A program made the position numbers and the translations under genes. Below the pieces are notes generated by a model. That model did not search any database, was not told the origin of the DNA, and saw only the letters and a list, made by a program, of their open reading frames with translations. A stretch of 49,483 nt of DNA, counting the filler, from Jimgerdemannia flammicorona (taxonomy: Eukaryota), in the NCBI GenBank assembly GCA_003990765.1. It is 2 parts of 2 records of this genome, joined end to end, with 100 filler letters (N's around TTAATTAATTAA, not from the genome) between each part and the next. Parts side by side here need not be neighbours in the genome. Positions count along the whole stretch, not along the records: positions 1 to 24,698 come from RBNJ01000938.1; 1 more part is not named here. One strand, given 5' to 3'. Below are positions 1-13,016 of the stretch, piece after piece (the first letter of the stretch is position 1; each line of letters opens with the position of its first letter).

Positions 1-238
1 GATAGGCTTTATTAAGGGCTTTCAAATGACACCAAGATCATCAAATTTGGATGATTATTCATCAAATTATTGATGTAAACATTTAATTGTCTAATTTGGA
101 AATCAAAACAATGGTTGATTCGAATCCATCCGGATGGGATTCGAATCCCATCCGAGTTGATCCGGATGGGATTCAATCCGAATCAATCCGAATCAATCCG
201 AATCCAATCCGGATTAAATTGACTCGTTAGGAGCACTA
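1..238. mobile_element. Right arm of a non-autonomous hAT-type inverted-repeat element (MITE), inserted in the 3' part of a LINE; truncated by window edge
   Basis: Matches the right arm of the complete element at 16995-17554, ending ...ATTGACTCGTTAGGAGCACTA at 238; LINE sequence resumes immediately at 239. Confidence 0.85.
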
Positions 239-3200
239 CTACCAAACCATGCCATCGCCCCCCCTGAGGACCCCAACCCTCCCGCCATCTCATCAGCAGA
301 TCCCCCAACAGCTCCTCCCACCTTGATACCTTCTTCTGCAGCCCCAAACACTGCCCCTCCTCAAATACAAAAGCCAATGTCCTGTCAGTCCCACTCACAC
401 TGCTAACACCCACCCTACAGTGAGCCAGCTATCACCTACCCCACCCACAAGCCGAGATCTCAATTCCTCCCAGCAGCCACCCTCCCCTGCTGGCCCATGC
501 TCCATACCCAGTCTATTCCCTATTTCTACCCAAAATTCCCCCAAAACCTCACACTCTCCCAACCAATGTTCTGGCATCTGCACAAAACCCCCAGCTTGCC
601 CAACATTGTAGCACTCCTCACAATTGAAATAGCCACCATCCACCAGATGCCCAGTGCAGAAATTCAACATGATATTCCTCTGCAGCATTCTCCACCATAT
701 CACTCAGAACTTGGGAGGAAGCCATCTCCACACCTCTGTACTCTAAGTCCAGATACCTGCCCAGTCCCACTCCTCACCAATCTCTGCCACCTGCCAGCCA
801 CTTGGCCAAAGATCCTGGCCAAGACCCTGCTGATACTCCACTCCATCCCCAATATCAAATATAGCAAGTGGAGTACCCCCCAGGAGCAGACTCTCCCATT
901 ACCACATACCAGGCCCCCACATCATCTCCCCCTCATTACCTTGTCAGTGCAGGCCAATTTGGTGTGCTCCATCTACCACTCCCCACCAAAAGCCCTTAAA
1001 CCACAGTCACTGAATTCCATTCAACCCTACCAGAGAGAGCAGATCACCTGAGGACCCTCAGGGGGAGGTTCTCATCTCCCACACCTTCGAGGCACCCAAC
1101 CCCCTCCCTGCAGTTCAGCAGCTCTCTTCAACCACCAGACTTGTAAGCAGTGCAACCTCATAGGGAAATCTACAAGGCCAAGACCTCCCCTGACCACTGG
1201 TGTTGCAAGAGTATCCCAACTGATCTGGGACCTCCTCTCTGCCCAAATCCAATCTCTAGCCACCTTTGTCAGCCTCTTCACCACCCAAGCTGGAAAGTCA
1301 AGGTGATAGGCCATATACCATAGCTTGGGGAACCAGTATACATTCAGAATTGATACCTGCCCTGCCAGAGCAATATGGCAGCCACCCCAACCTCGAAGGG
1401 CCTCCCCCCAAATGGTCACCCTGCTCTTCCACCACACTTGTGGCCAGACTAAACCATATACAGAAAGGAAGATACTCAGATACCACACCACCTTATCAGT
1501 AGGGACAATTGTTCCAATGATGTCCCCACCCACTAGCCCATTCCCAAGCACCATTGTCTCACACTTATGCTAGTTGAGCTTTGCCCCAGAATGAGCCTCA
1601 TACCATTCCACTGTCTCCCGAAGTGTCTCAACATTTGCCACAGACCCAAGTCCAACCACCATGTCATCAGCAAAGGCCCCCACCTTCTACACTATACCAT
1701 ATATAGAGAGCCCTGCCACCTTCTGGCGAATCCTATCCATCAACAGCTCCAATGAAAGGGCATAGAGGATAGGAGACAGAGGGTCCCCCTGAGGCACTCC
1801 TCTCCCCAAGGAAAACACCAGACCATGGTAACCATTATACATCAGCACTGCCTGACTACTCTCCAGTAGGTTCAACATAGAAGCTCGAAATCCTGGGGGA
1901 ATACCAATATGATCCAAAACCTTGCCCAGCCAAACTTACTGTACATGGTCATAGGCCTTCTCCTGGTCCAAAAAGACCAACCTTCCATCCAGTCCATAAG
2001 CCCAGGCCCCTTCAATGACTCCATGCACCCATGCAGTCCTATCTCTTATAAGTCTACCTCCAACAAAGCCCCACTGCTCCTCCCCCAGCACCTGTTGGGC
2101 AACTTTCTGCGCCTCACAACAATCACCTTAGTCACTATCTTCCTATCCATATCTAGAAGCATGATCAGTCTCCAGTTCTTCCAGTCTTCTCTCCTCCCCT
2201 TGTCTTTGTACAATAAGGCCACTAGCCCAAGGTCCTGCTCTCCCACCTACTCACCACTCTGAAGAATGTGGTCACAGAGAGCAGCCATCTCACCCAACAC
2301 TCCAGGGACCTTCACCATCTTCTTCCAGAAGTCCCATGGTAATCCATCCTCCCCTGGTGCTGTTCCAAGTTTAGTTGCTGCAAGGACACTCTGGATCTCC
2401 TCTCCTTGCACCAGTAAGATCAAGTCACCCAGTCTGTCTACTTGCAGCAGCCCCCACTCCTCTAGCATGTCTGCAATCGCCTCCTCATCAGCACCTCCTT
2501 CTCTCTCACTCTACAAACCCTACCATCTCGCCTTCAGAACCCCTAAGATTTGTTGTGTTCCATACACCATATCCCCATTGGCATCCAGGACCCCATCCCA
2601 CTGATGTCGCACTCTCCTCGCTTTGAGGAGTCTTGATAAGTACCTAGTAGGCTGCTCACCCTCCTCAAGTCCCTGCCACCATAGCCTAGCAGCCATACCT
2701 TGCATATGAGTCTCCTCCTCCTCTCTCAACACCTGTTGCAGTTCCACTATCCCCAATTTTGCCTGCTCTATCCTCTAATCCTCCACCCTATCCAAAGTAA
2801 GCAAATCTGCCCAATCCATTGGCAATCTCCTCAGCCTGCTGGAAGTACACCTTGTGTACTTCCTCCTCTGTCTCCCTGCATCTCTAACAGCTTCTCCCCA
2901 ATAGACCCTCGCAGCCTCTTTCAATCTCATCCAACAGACCCCCACAGACCAACCCTTATGCCTCCAGATATAGATCTTCGCCTGAATGTCCTCTGCTCAA
3001 GAATCCCACAACCCCTTCTTGGCCAGCAGGGAGGAGTTAAGGCACCAATGTCCAGGTCCATCTCCAATCCCCCCAAACTGCCCCTGCCCCAAAAGTCCCC
3101 AGTGATCAGACCATGGGCACCACTCTACCTCCAATGTCTTCCAAACATCGAAACCCCAACACTCCGCTGTCAAAATCCAGTCAATCCTAGTGCCCAGGCC

Positions 3201-3782
3201 ATTCACCCAATGCATGTAGACCCTGGTATTGCCCTACTGTATTCTGCTCATATTTCCTAAGGAGCACAAGTTCTCTACCTCCTCCCAAATATCCAGACCT
3301 CCACTTCTCCCCCCTGCATTCCTCCCTCCATCAGTTCTGTCAAGAAGCTGATCCCAAACCATATTAAAGTCCCTACCGAGAACATCAACCCCTTCCTCCA
3401 AGAGAATACCCTCCTCCAGCAGCTTCTTAATCCATGCAATCCTCTCACCCCTCACTGCTGGACAGTAGTAAGAGCCAACTCTCACTGACTCCCATCCTGG
3501 CTGATGCCAATCTCCCCAAACCAATCAATCCCCCCAGCTCCTGATTTCCTCCAAATCACCTCTACCCTTCCTCACCAGAATCGCCACTTTTCCAAACCAA
3601 GCAGTAGCCCCCCCCCATTCTCTAGTCCATTCTACCCAATTATCCTCATCCTTACATCATACATCCTATAGTTAAAAGAGATCAGCCTTCAATCCCTTGA
3701 GCAAAGTAAAAATGTTCTTATGCCACCCTGCTCCCCTCAATCCATTCATGTTCAGAGAGAAAATATTGGTTGTACTGTTCAT
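239..3782 (-). pseudogene. LINE ORF2 (AP endonuclease + reverse transcriptase), disrupted by stops/frameshifts
   Basis: ATG at 3782 (MNSTTNIFSLNMNGLRG); motifs spread over several short ORFs (3234-3524, 2997-3215, 2247-2468, 2046-2246, 1687-1917, 1072-1554, 395-703). Confidence 0.9.
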
Positions 3783-4287
3783 AGGAAAAATGTTATGTAG
3801 TGATCCCATTCTCTACAAGTCCACATTCAGCTCCTCCTGCCCCAAGTCCAAGTCATGTTCAGCAGCTAGCTCTCTTTTGCCTACCTTCCTTGCCTCTAAC
3901 CCTCCCAGAAGTTTCACCATTGCCCCATCTTCTCTCTCCTCAAAGTTCTCATGATACTCCAGACAGGCCTTCTGCCAGAGCTACAAACCATGATGCTCTG
4001 CCCAACTGTAGGCAGCCCGCTCACTAGCAACACCCCCCAGCTCTACCTTCTTAACCTCATCAACCTCATATCCCTCCTCCTCCAGGAGGATCACAAGAAT
4101 CTCTACCTTCAGTGCCTCCATTACTCCATCTCCATGCAGAATCTATGCCCAATGCTCCTCAGGCATCACACATAGGTCCACTTCCCTCAATGCCTCTGCC
4201 ATAAGGTTATCTATCACCTTGCTCAACCACAGCAGATTCCCCACCTCCTTCCCTCCTGGTATCCCTGGCCACCCTGCATCCAACATT
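239..4287 (-). mobile_element. Degenerate non-LTR retrotransposon (L1/Tx1-like LINE), 5'-truncated within ORF1
   Basis: Minus-strand fragments give APE motifs (SLNMNG, GRDFN, RIDWIL, WSDH) and RT motifs (TAPGEDG, NWRLIMLL, FLDQEKAYD, GVPQGDPLSP, FADD, GGLGL); colinear with copy at 18996-24698; similarity stops near 4287. Confidence 0.92.
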
Positions 4288-6110
4288 AAGCACATCAATG
4301 AGTTTAGGGCATCAATGAGTTTTGAGCAGATGTATATATCAATGAGTTCAGGAAAAAAAATAGTGAACTAGATGAGATAATGGATATAAGTATAGTGATG
4401 AGTTCAGAATATTGATGAGTTTAGGACAGATGGGCATATTGATGAGTTCAGATATAGCAATAATAATAATTATGATAACAGAGATACTAGATAAAATATC
4501 TATGGATGAATGGACAAGGCCTCAGAAAAATTTAAAGAAATCAGACATATCATAGAATAAGTCAATTCAATATGAGAGAAATAGGCATGTCAATGAGTTT
4601 GGAGCATCAATGAGTTCAGGAAATAGTTCAGAGAAACAATGAGTTCAGAAAATCAATAAGTTCAGGACATAAGTTTGAAGCATTGATGAGTTTGAGATAT
4701 TGATAAGTTTGGGGTAGATATGTAGATATGTCAATGAGTTCAGACACAGTAATGATAATAATTATGACAATAGAGATATTAGAAAAAATATCTATAGATA
4801 GATGGACAAGACTCCAGACAAATTAAAGAGAACCAGACATATCTTATAGAATCGGCAAATTTTTAAGAGAAAAGGATATATCAATAAGTTCAGAGCATTG
4901 ATGAGTTTGGAGTATTGATGGATTTGGAGTGTCAATGAGTTCAGGGTATCATTGAGTTCAGGGCTTTGATGAGTTCAGAGTATCATTGAGCCCAGAGTGC
5001 CAATGAGCCTAAAGTATTGATGAGTTCAGGGCATCAATGAGTTCAGATCAATAATGAGTTCAGGGTGTTAATGAGTTTGAGGCAGATGGGTATATTGATG
5101 AGTTCAGATATAGCAATGATAATAATTATGACAATAGAGATACTAGAAAAATTATCTATAGATTGATGAATAAGGCTCCAGAATAATTAAAAAGATCTAG
5201 ATATATATTTGATAGAACAGACTAATTTGATATGAGAGAATTGAGTATGTTAATGAGTTCAGAGCATCAATGAGTTCAGGAAAGGCAACAGGGAATCAGA
5301 TGAGATGATAGATATGGGTACATTAATGAGTTCAGAGTATTAATGAGTTCAGGGCATAAATTTGGAGTATTAATGAGTTTGGGGCATTGATGAGTTTGGT
5401 GTAGATAGACATATTGATGAGTTTGGACATAACAATGATAATAATTATGACAACTAAGATATAAGAAAAAGTGGATAGTCAAGACCCCAGAAAAATTAAA
5501 AAGAACTAGACATACCTGATAGAATAGGTCAATTTATAAGAAAAATGAGTACATTGATGAGTTCAGGACATTAATGAGTTTGGGGTATCAATGAGTTTGA
5601 GACTTCATTGAGTTTAGAGCATCAATGAGTTTAGAGAGCTGGCAAGTCCAGAGCACTAATGAGCCCAGGGTATTGATGAGTTCAGAGTATCAATAAGTTT
5701 GGGACATTAATGAGTTTAGAGAGCTTACAAGTCCAGAGCACTGATGAGCCCAAGGTATTGATGAATTCAGGACATCAATGAGTTCTGGGCATCAATGGGT
5801 TTTGGATATTAATGAGTTTGGAATAGATAGATATATCAATGAGTTTGGATATAGTAATGACAATAATTATGACAATAGAAATATAAGAAAAAATGTCTAT
5901 AGATGGATGGAAGATCTCAGATAAATTAAAAGAAACCAGACATATCTAATAGAATAGGCCAATTCATGAGAGAAATGGATACATCAATGAGTTAGAATAT
6001 CAATAAGGTCAGAGTATCAATAAGTTTAGAAAAAGCAACAGGAAACCAGATGAGATGACAGACATGAGTATGTCAATGAGTTTGGATACAGTAATGATAA
6101 TAATGATGAC
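4288..6110. repeat. Degenerate satellite: ~17-bp units (GCATYRATGAGTTYRGG) within a ~300-420 bp higher-order repeat
   Basis: Dozens of atcaatgagttcagg/attgatgagtttggg variants; block gtaatgataataattatgacaatagagata recurs near 4455, 4748, 5113, 5431, 5853, 6090. Confidence 0.9.
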
Positions 6111-6144
6111 AATAGAGACACTAGGCAAAAAGACAACACACATA

Positions 6145-6245
6145 CCAGAAGATAGCAATGAGATGACCTCCCTTGAAGACAGTAATAAGATGATCTCTCC
6201 AGAAGATAGCAATGAGATAATACCTCTAGAAGATAGTAACAAAGA
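6145..6245. repeat. 27-bp tandem repeat, ~3.5 copies
   Basis: gaagatagcaatgagat-like unit recurring every 27 bp (reads EDSN...EDSN in + frame). Confidence 0.7.
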
Positions 6246-6499
6246 TGAAGTAGTAGATACAATAGACAATAGTAATAATGGTAAGGAGGTAGAAAGAGCA
6301 CCAGGTAATAAAGAGGTAATTAAGGAAGAAAACTATATTAAGGTACCAAGGATATAGAACAGTAATGGTATAGGGTAGGGTGGATAGTTATAGTAGTTAG
6401 AAATGGGGTGGGGGTGGAAGAGGTAGGAGTAGAAGAGGTAGAAGTAAAATTTATAGTTTTAAAGTATATGATATAACTTGATGAAGTATCAAATTTCTC

Positions 6500-8470
6500 A
6501 TATATTAATTTTCTCCTCTATCTCTATATGCTATACTATACTATATTTGAGGGTCGTCTAAAAGCAATATAGGGACTAGGGTATAGTCTTCAGGGTATAC
6601 TTCTTCTTGGGTTTTGGGAGTATTGGCTCTTGTTTTTTCTGTTCCATTTTTTCATCCTTAGATAGTAGTTTATTTATTCAGGGACAAAAAGTAAGAGAGA
6701 CCAGGAGAGAATTTCAACCAGCTCTTCTTTATCTTCTCTATATTCTTTCTAAATAGTTCTTCTACTTACATATCTGGATGTTCTTCTTACTGGTCTCTTT
6801 CTTTTCTCAACAGAGTAAACTATTTTTTAAGAGATGATCTTAGTTGGATAAAGATCTAGATTACTGTAATCTTTACTATTGCTTTCCTCCTTGAAGTCTT
6901 TGAAAGAGTGATCTTCAGTCTTTTTTTGCTGGATTACATTTTTTTAATTTAGTGGCTCCAAGTCTCTTCAGTCGTTTTTTATGCTATTAAAATCTATAGT
7001 ATAGTGTTCAAACTATCCACAATAGAAGTACTAGACTTGGACTCTGTCTTACAATAGATATCTTCTTTCTTCTTATAGCTAGTAGCTTCTATTGTCTCTA
7101 GATAAGTCTTGGTTTCTTTGTAGTATATAATCTCTATTGTCTTGTAGATAGCTCTGATTTTTACCTATAGTGAGTTTTTTGATTTACCTAACCTATTAGT
7201 CTAACTTAGAGTTAAGATCCTGGATTTCATTTTTCTCTTTCTTCTACTCCTTGACTGGCTTGCCTTCTTCTGGTTTTCTATATTCTTGAAGGATTCCTTA
7301 TAGAGTTTTAATCAAGAGGTCATTCTTATTATCTTCTTATTGTGATTACTCCAGATGGTCTCTTTTATGATATTAAAAATCTTTGAGCTACATCTACTTC
7401 TTCTTCGGTCCTTCTGATGCCTAGAGTGTAGATATACTGGGTAATGTTTGGAAAATTCCATTCATGAAGATCATTAGACCTATGATATTCTGGTTGGTGG
7501 CATTAAACCTAGCTACATGTATTCTTTTCTGAATCCTGATGAGAAATGCTCTGAGAGATTCTCCAAGATTCATCATCATCCCTATGATGGATTCTTGGAC
7601 CTTATAGTAGATTTCATTTTCTGTATATTTTTCAATAAGCCAGTAGATGATGACTTCATATTCTCTATCTCAAGATATTACTATCTGAATAGCTATTCCA
7701 AGGTCTGAGTGTATATCATTTGTTGCTCAGTTTAAAATTCCTTTGACTGATTCTCTGAGTTGAGCTTTGAAGATATCAATTTTTCTCTAAGCAGTGAGAT
7801 TATTTAAAGCTGCCATTCTTTCAATTATATTAAAGAATTCTCTAAAGTCTTCTTCTGGATATCATGCAAAAGTTGATATTGGAGTGGTCATTTCATCATC
7901 ACTGTCTTCTGGTTCTGATTCTGGTTCTGATTCACTTTCCAAGTTTTTGCTAGAGCTTGAGATACTTGGATATCCTGGAGATGGGGTTTTGGTCCTAAGT
8001 AAAGTATAATAGGTCTGGGTATTCTTGAAGAGACTATTTCTATTCCTTTAGATATCATAGTTGCTGGTTCTGGTAGTGGTTTAATTTATGATACTTCTGT
8101 AGAAAACTGATATTGGAAAATATAATCTTCAAGTTCTTGTACAAGTTTATCAAAATTTTGATTGTGTTCTTCTCTATTCTCTGGCTAAGTCAGATCACTT
8201 AGTGGTAAGTCTGCTGGTACTTCTGGAGTATTTATGAGCTGAACTCTTAGTGATTGAGCTAATATTGGTTAAATATTCTATGATATACTGACCTCTTATT
8301 AGGATCCTTCTAATGCTGGTTAATTGGTAAGTCTTGAGATAATTACTTCTCTTCCTATCCAAATATCTGTAATGACTTATTCTTCTATAGTGGTAAAGAT
8401 TGGTAATGTATCTAATATATGTAGTTTGGCTATTGAGTTCTTATGAGGTAAAAAGTTATATATATTTTTG
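6500..8470 (-). pseudogene. Ty3/gypsy-type gag relic
   Basis: Minus strand reads PISTFA*YPEEDFREFFNNIERMAALNNL (~7890-7800; retrotransposon gag-like) and YFYCG*FEHYTIDF (~7031-6990), which keeps CX2CX4HX4C zinc-knuckle spacing; lies downstream of PBS and LTR. Confidence 0.7.
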
Positions 8471-8476
8471 AGAATC

Positions 8477-8494
8477 TTTCCAATTGAGCCCCCA
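8477..8494 (-). promoter_or_regulatory. Putative primer-binding site (tRNA-Pro-like) of the LTR element
   Basis: TGGGGGCTCAATTGGAAA begins 2 nt after the LTR end; TGGGGGCTC is the start of the known tRNA-Pro PBS. Confidence 0.6.
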
Positions 8495-8496
8495 AA

Positions 8497-9200
8497 TATA
8501 ATATGCTGGCTTAATAGAGATAATGTACAAAGTTGGAGCTACTAAATAGATTTACTAGAGTCTTTAGATACTTTGTCAAAAGTAACAAAATATTTAATAG
8601 TTTCTCTCAGAAATAGATATAAGTTTGGTTTTACTTAATATAGATAATTTTAGCATTTTTCTTATTACAATAAGTTCCAGACAATTATTGTATAATATAG
8701 ATAACTTTGGTTTTCTTCCTTAATATGATAGATTTGTAGATAAGTAGATAATTTACCAAAATGATATAGATTTCTGAATGATACAGATTTGTATAATGTG
8801 GTACATCAGACAGACTTCTTGGTTGTCACGGATTTTGTATAATATAATAAATTTGGCAGATTCTTTCTAAATTGGCCAACTTCTCAAAAATAGCAGTGAA
8901 GTTCTTCACTTGAGCCTGACAGACTTCTTTATATCAGAAAGAGAACTGGAATAGAAAGTAAGCTCATAACTTCTAGTAGTAGCTTATTGGCAGATATATC
9001 TTCTAAGATTGTAATTCTTTCTGAATTAATTGGCTTTTGACAGCTATTTCTCTTAAGTATATCAGATAATTGGCTTTTGCTTTTAAACTTTTTGAACTGA
9101 GATTTATGCACTCTTTTCTCTGGAATATTTTATATAGTTGTGATTGCTATCTGATTGCTATATAGCTAATTGTAGATTATTATTTCTGATAAAGTTTAGC
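8497..9200 (-). mobile_element. 5' LTR of the gypsy-like relic (far boundary approximate)
   Basis: tataatatgctggcttaatagagataatgtacaaag aligns with tgtaacgtgccagctcaatagaggcaaattacaagg at 16126; further similarity 8915-9170 vs 16410-16670. Confidence 0.65.
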
Positions 9201-9419
9201 TATTTATATTAGGAATATTAATCTCCAATTCTGATATAGTGTCCTAGCTAGAAATACTTTGTGCTCTTATTTGTTTATTTGGATTATTTATATAGATTAG
9301 TACAGTATAGTAGTCCTAGTTATCTAGCATATCTGATATAGTATATATATGGCTAAATTAACTAACTAATTTAGATAATAACTTAGTATAGTTCTCTGCT
9401 AACTATTATAATATATCTG

Positions 9420-10600
9420 ATACTAATTAGTACTATATATCTGCACACTATACTTCCACCCATCATTATCTTCTTTTTATAGTTGAGATTGGCAAAATCT
9501 ATTTAATTCTTATATTCTTCAGAACAATAAAGTTTTCTCTGGTTTTATACCCTTTATAGTAGAAATTAAGATACCAGTAGTACCTTACTTATATCTATGT
9601 TAGTTTTGATATATTGGGTCTATTATCTTGCCCTATATATCTATGATCTACTACTATGAAGTAATATATAGCTTTCATTCATTCAGTTGTTCCAAATTAT
9701 TTCTAACCTTACTAACTCTTTCACAGCTTTTTTGCATTATATATAGTATAAAATGCTAGCTAAGTATATATTTAACTTGATCTCAGCTTCTGATTATAAT
9801 TGGTATCCTATGTCAGCTCCTTTCTCTTTCTCATCTAAATAACAATAATAACCTCAATTTTATTACAACTATATTATTAGCATATGTCAGATTCCTATAG
9901 TCTGGTAAATTTATCTGAGAGAGTCTATTTGATATATCCTTTTAAGTATCTTAGGACAGTATCATATTCTACTCTCATATAATTGATCCAATATATATTA
10001 TATTTATCTTATCTTTTTGAAAATAGATCTCTTTTAATAGAACTATTCTCTGTTTATCACTAAAACCATTTTGAATATACTGTATATAGTGTCTTTACTC
10101 TGACTATTATTCCTCATATTCTCTGGCCCATCTAGTACTCCTTTATTCATATTCTCTACAAGCTATTCTTTCTCCTATAACTCTCCGATCCTTTGTCTCA
10201 GATCTCTGCTTCCTTGGATTAGATTCAATATAGCTCTTTTTGCTAATTATAACTTTCAGATCAGAGTAATATCTGATGTCACAATGGTGGGACTTTCAGA
10301 TTACAAGATTTAAATACTTGATTGATAGTCTACTGATATCTTCAAAGGATATATTTATATATTTATTTCTCATATCTGTAATCTTTAGATATCTCTCACC
10401 CATCTGACTCTACAGTCTTAGCCCTATATATATCTGTAACTTCAGCTAGTTTGTAAGCTTTTTCTTATTTCACATTGACTTATAACACTAGTCTCTCTGA
10501 AGACATACTATATATATCTGCTATTTTCATTACTTTGTACTGCCTGCATCTCTCTCCTTCTGTTTAAATCTATATTCTTTCTTATTCTTCATTTTTCTTT
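9420..10600 (-). pseudogene. Heavily mutated non-LTR reverse transcriptase fossil (different family from the L1-like copies)
   Basis: Motifs in correct order on minus strand: KTVESDG (~KAPGPDG), IQNGF (QxGF), RIYQIDSL (GVxQGDxL), NLTYANNIVVI (YADD, 9873-9884), YIGQ (YLG). Confidence 0.55.
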
Positions 10601-11354
10601 AGGATATTTGTCTTTCTCTTTCTATTTCCTACTTCTTTACTTTATATTATAGTATATAACATTTATTTGGATTAGTTTTCCTATTGTCTGTTTTACTCAA
10701 ATATATATAATTTAATTTAGGGAGAATGATTGCATTCTAGCAGAATGGGGGAGAGAGAGCAGAACCCCATGTGGGATTGGGTGAGAGTGGGTTATTGTGT
10801 AATGTTAGAGTATAGAATAGTTTGGTAATAAATGCAGTAGTCTGAGTAACCATAAATATATAATTTGATTTAAGATTATCTTATTTCCCTCTATCAATTC
10901 TATCATAGTTTTTCTTTCTTATAGATATATTACTAGTTATTAAATGAGTGAGCTCATTTGAGACCACAGGTCAATATATGTAGAAATGTCTTAGAGGCAA
11001 AGATTTCAAGCACTGAATGTCTCTCTCTGTTTGGATTTAACTCATATTTTATCTGAAAATACATAGTAGGCATATATTTTCCTTTTTGGATTGCCTTCTT
11101 TGCTTAATATTATAATTTAGCACTTCATATATTATATACTACTTGTTGTTCTATTATATACATTTGCCTCATATACATTTACTATTATTTTCACTACCAC
11201 CACCCCTCTCTACTCATATATATGATAGAGTTGGTTTTTCTACCATCTGTTTCACATAAATATATATAATTTGATTTAAGATTGTCTTGTTTACCTTTAA
11301 CAATTCTGCTATAGTTTTTCTTTCTTACAGATATTATCACTAGACATTGAGTAT

Positions 11355-12193
11355 ATAGGGCTCTTCTTTTGTTAAATTTGATATTGGGGATGGGGTTGAG
11401 TGTCAGAGGGAGATGGGGTTGGATATGTTGCCAGTCAGTTGGCAGAGTGTTGATATAGGTGAGAAGTGAGACTGAGATAGTATTTGGTCCTAGTGTGTGG
11501 AGGTTAAGCAGTGGCTTCCCCCCAAGTTCTGGGTGGTATAGTAGTATATGCTAAGGAGGAATGTCATGCTGAACTTCTGCTCTGGACATTTGATTGAGGG
11601 TGGAGAGTTTGATTGTGAGGAGTGCCTTAATGTGGGGCAGAAGGGAGGGTTTTGTACAGTTGTCTGAACATTGATTGGGAGAGTGTGAGGTGCTTGGTGA
11701 TTTCTGGATTGCAGTAGGGGAGTACCTGGGAGTCCATAGGAGGAGAGATGAGGTGAGAGGCTGTTTGGAGGATTTGAAGGAGCATCTTGTAGGGGAAGTG
11801 GGGAATGAGTGAATTATGTGTGACTGGGTCTTGGTAATTTGGGTGGGGCTGGCTGGACATTGGCTCTTTGTATTTGAGAAAGGATGGCAGTTAAGCATTG
11901 TGGAGAGGTTGTCAAGATAGGATGGACTGATGGTGGATCTCTTGACTGGCTGGTGGATGGGCTGGGGGCCTTTGGGTGGCCATCACCACTGGCTTGTTGA
12001 GGGGATCTGTGCACAGAGCAGGGGTCAAATGGAGGTGATTGAGGGCAGAGTGGTCTTCAAACAAGTAGGAGTTGGTGGGGTACCTCCTAGGGGGACTGGG
12101 TAGTGGGTTGGGTTGGATATTGTATTTAATATAACATAGAATGTGGTAATAAAGCAAGGAGTCCAAGTGACTATATAAAAAAAAAAAAAAAAA
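11355..12193 (+). mobile_element. 3' fragment of L1/Tx1-like LINE with poly(A) tail (more divergent subfamily)
   Basis: Aligns with ~23880-24698; ends AATAAA...GTCCAAGTGACTATAT then A-run to 12193. Confidence 0.88.
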
Positions 12194-12583
12194 GACATTG
12201 AGTGCGTGTTTAATGATCGTTGGCAGGTCGGCCGATTATCTGAGTATCTGAACATGTGGGTTGAAATCAATTTCAATGTTGTCATCATTCCGTGTCGCCC
12301 ACCGATCGATCCGTTTGACGATGCCAATTCGTGCTGCTCGTGAAATTGCCGATACATTGTGTAATTCTGTCCAACTTGGCGTCGGCGATGGCGGGTGTCG
12401 TCGTTTGGGGCATAGGAAAATTCCGCGTTTGAGTGTCCATATTCCCTTTCGAAATAGATGGCGAAGCTGATCATCAATCCTGTTTATGACATAGCATGCT
12501 ATCTCTACTAACCATTTAAGTGTAAAGCTGCCGACGGTCGCTTCCGTTTCTCTACGTTAATCACAACACCTGAGAAGTATGGG

Positions 12584-13016
12584 ATGATGACGCAGCAAAA
12601 TATGGACGCTTATAGGTGCTATGCGCCAAATCGAGAAGGAATCTATGCACTCCCCAAAGCGAACGACTTCCTCGAAAATCAAAAGAATGAGAGCACCATA
12701 CGGGACGGCAGGTCGATCGAACGTGGGGCCACCGCCGTGCACATAGTGGCCTTCTTTAAACATGAATCCTCCACCGGCATTACGTTAACGCCAGAATTTC
12801 ATGCGGCCGGAGGCCTTGCGTACACCGCCTCCTCACCGGAGACAATAAAGTGAGTAGAGGAAATAGCCATGGCAGCGTGTCATGAGGCTGTACCGAATAT
12901 TGGATTGTGTCTGGAGGCCGGGCTGCTGTCGGTCGGCGAGCAGAGGGTGAGGGTGGCTGATGTTAAGGTTCCCTCCAGGTTAGACTGGATAGAGGCGAGA
13001 GAAAGGGTGCGATGAT
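12584..13016 (+). other. Possible coding relic or exon of unknown family
   Basis: 89-aa ORF continues in frame past a single TGA (VEEIAMAACHEAVPNIGLCLEAGLLSVG...); no recognisable motif. Confidence 0.2.

Noticed and set aside
420..4175. Numerous Pro/Ser/Leu-rich plus-strand ORFs
   Set aside because: Antisense shadows of the purine-rich LINE coding strand
4288..6110. CRISPR array or repetitive protein
   Set aside because: 17-bp contiguous degenerate units, not 3n, many stops, no spacers
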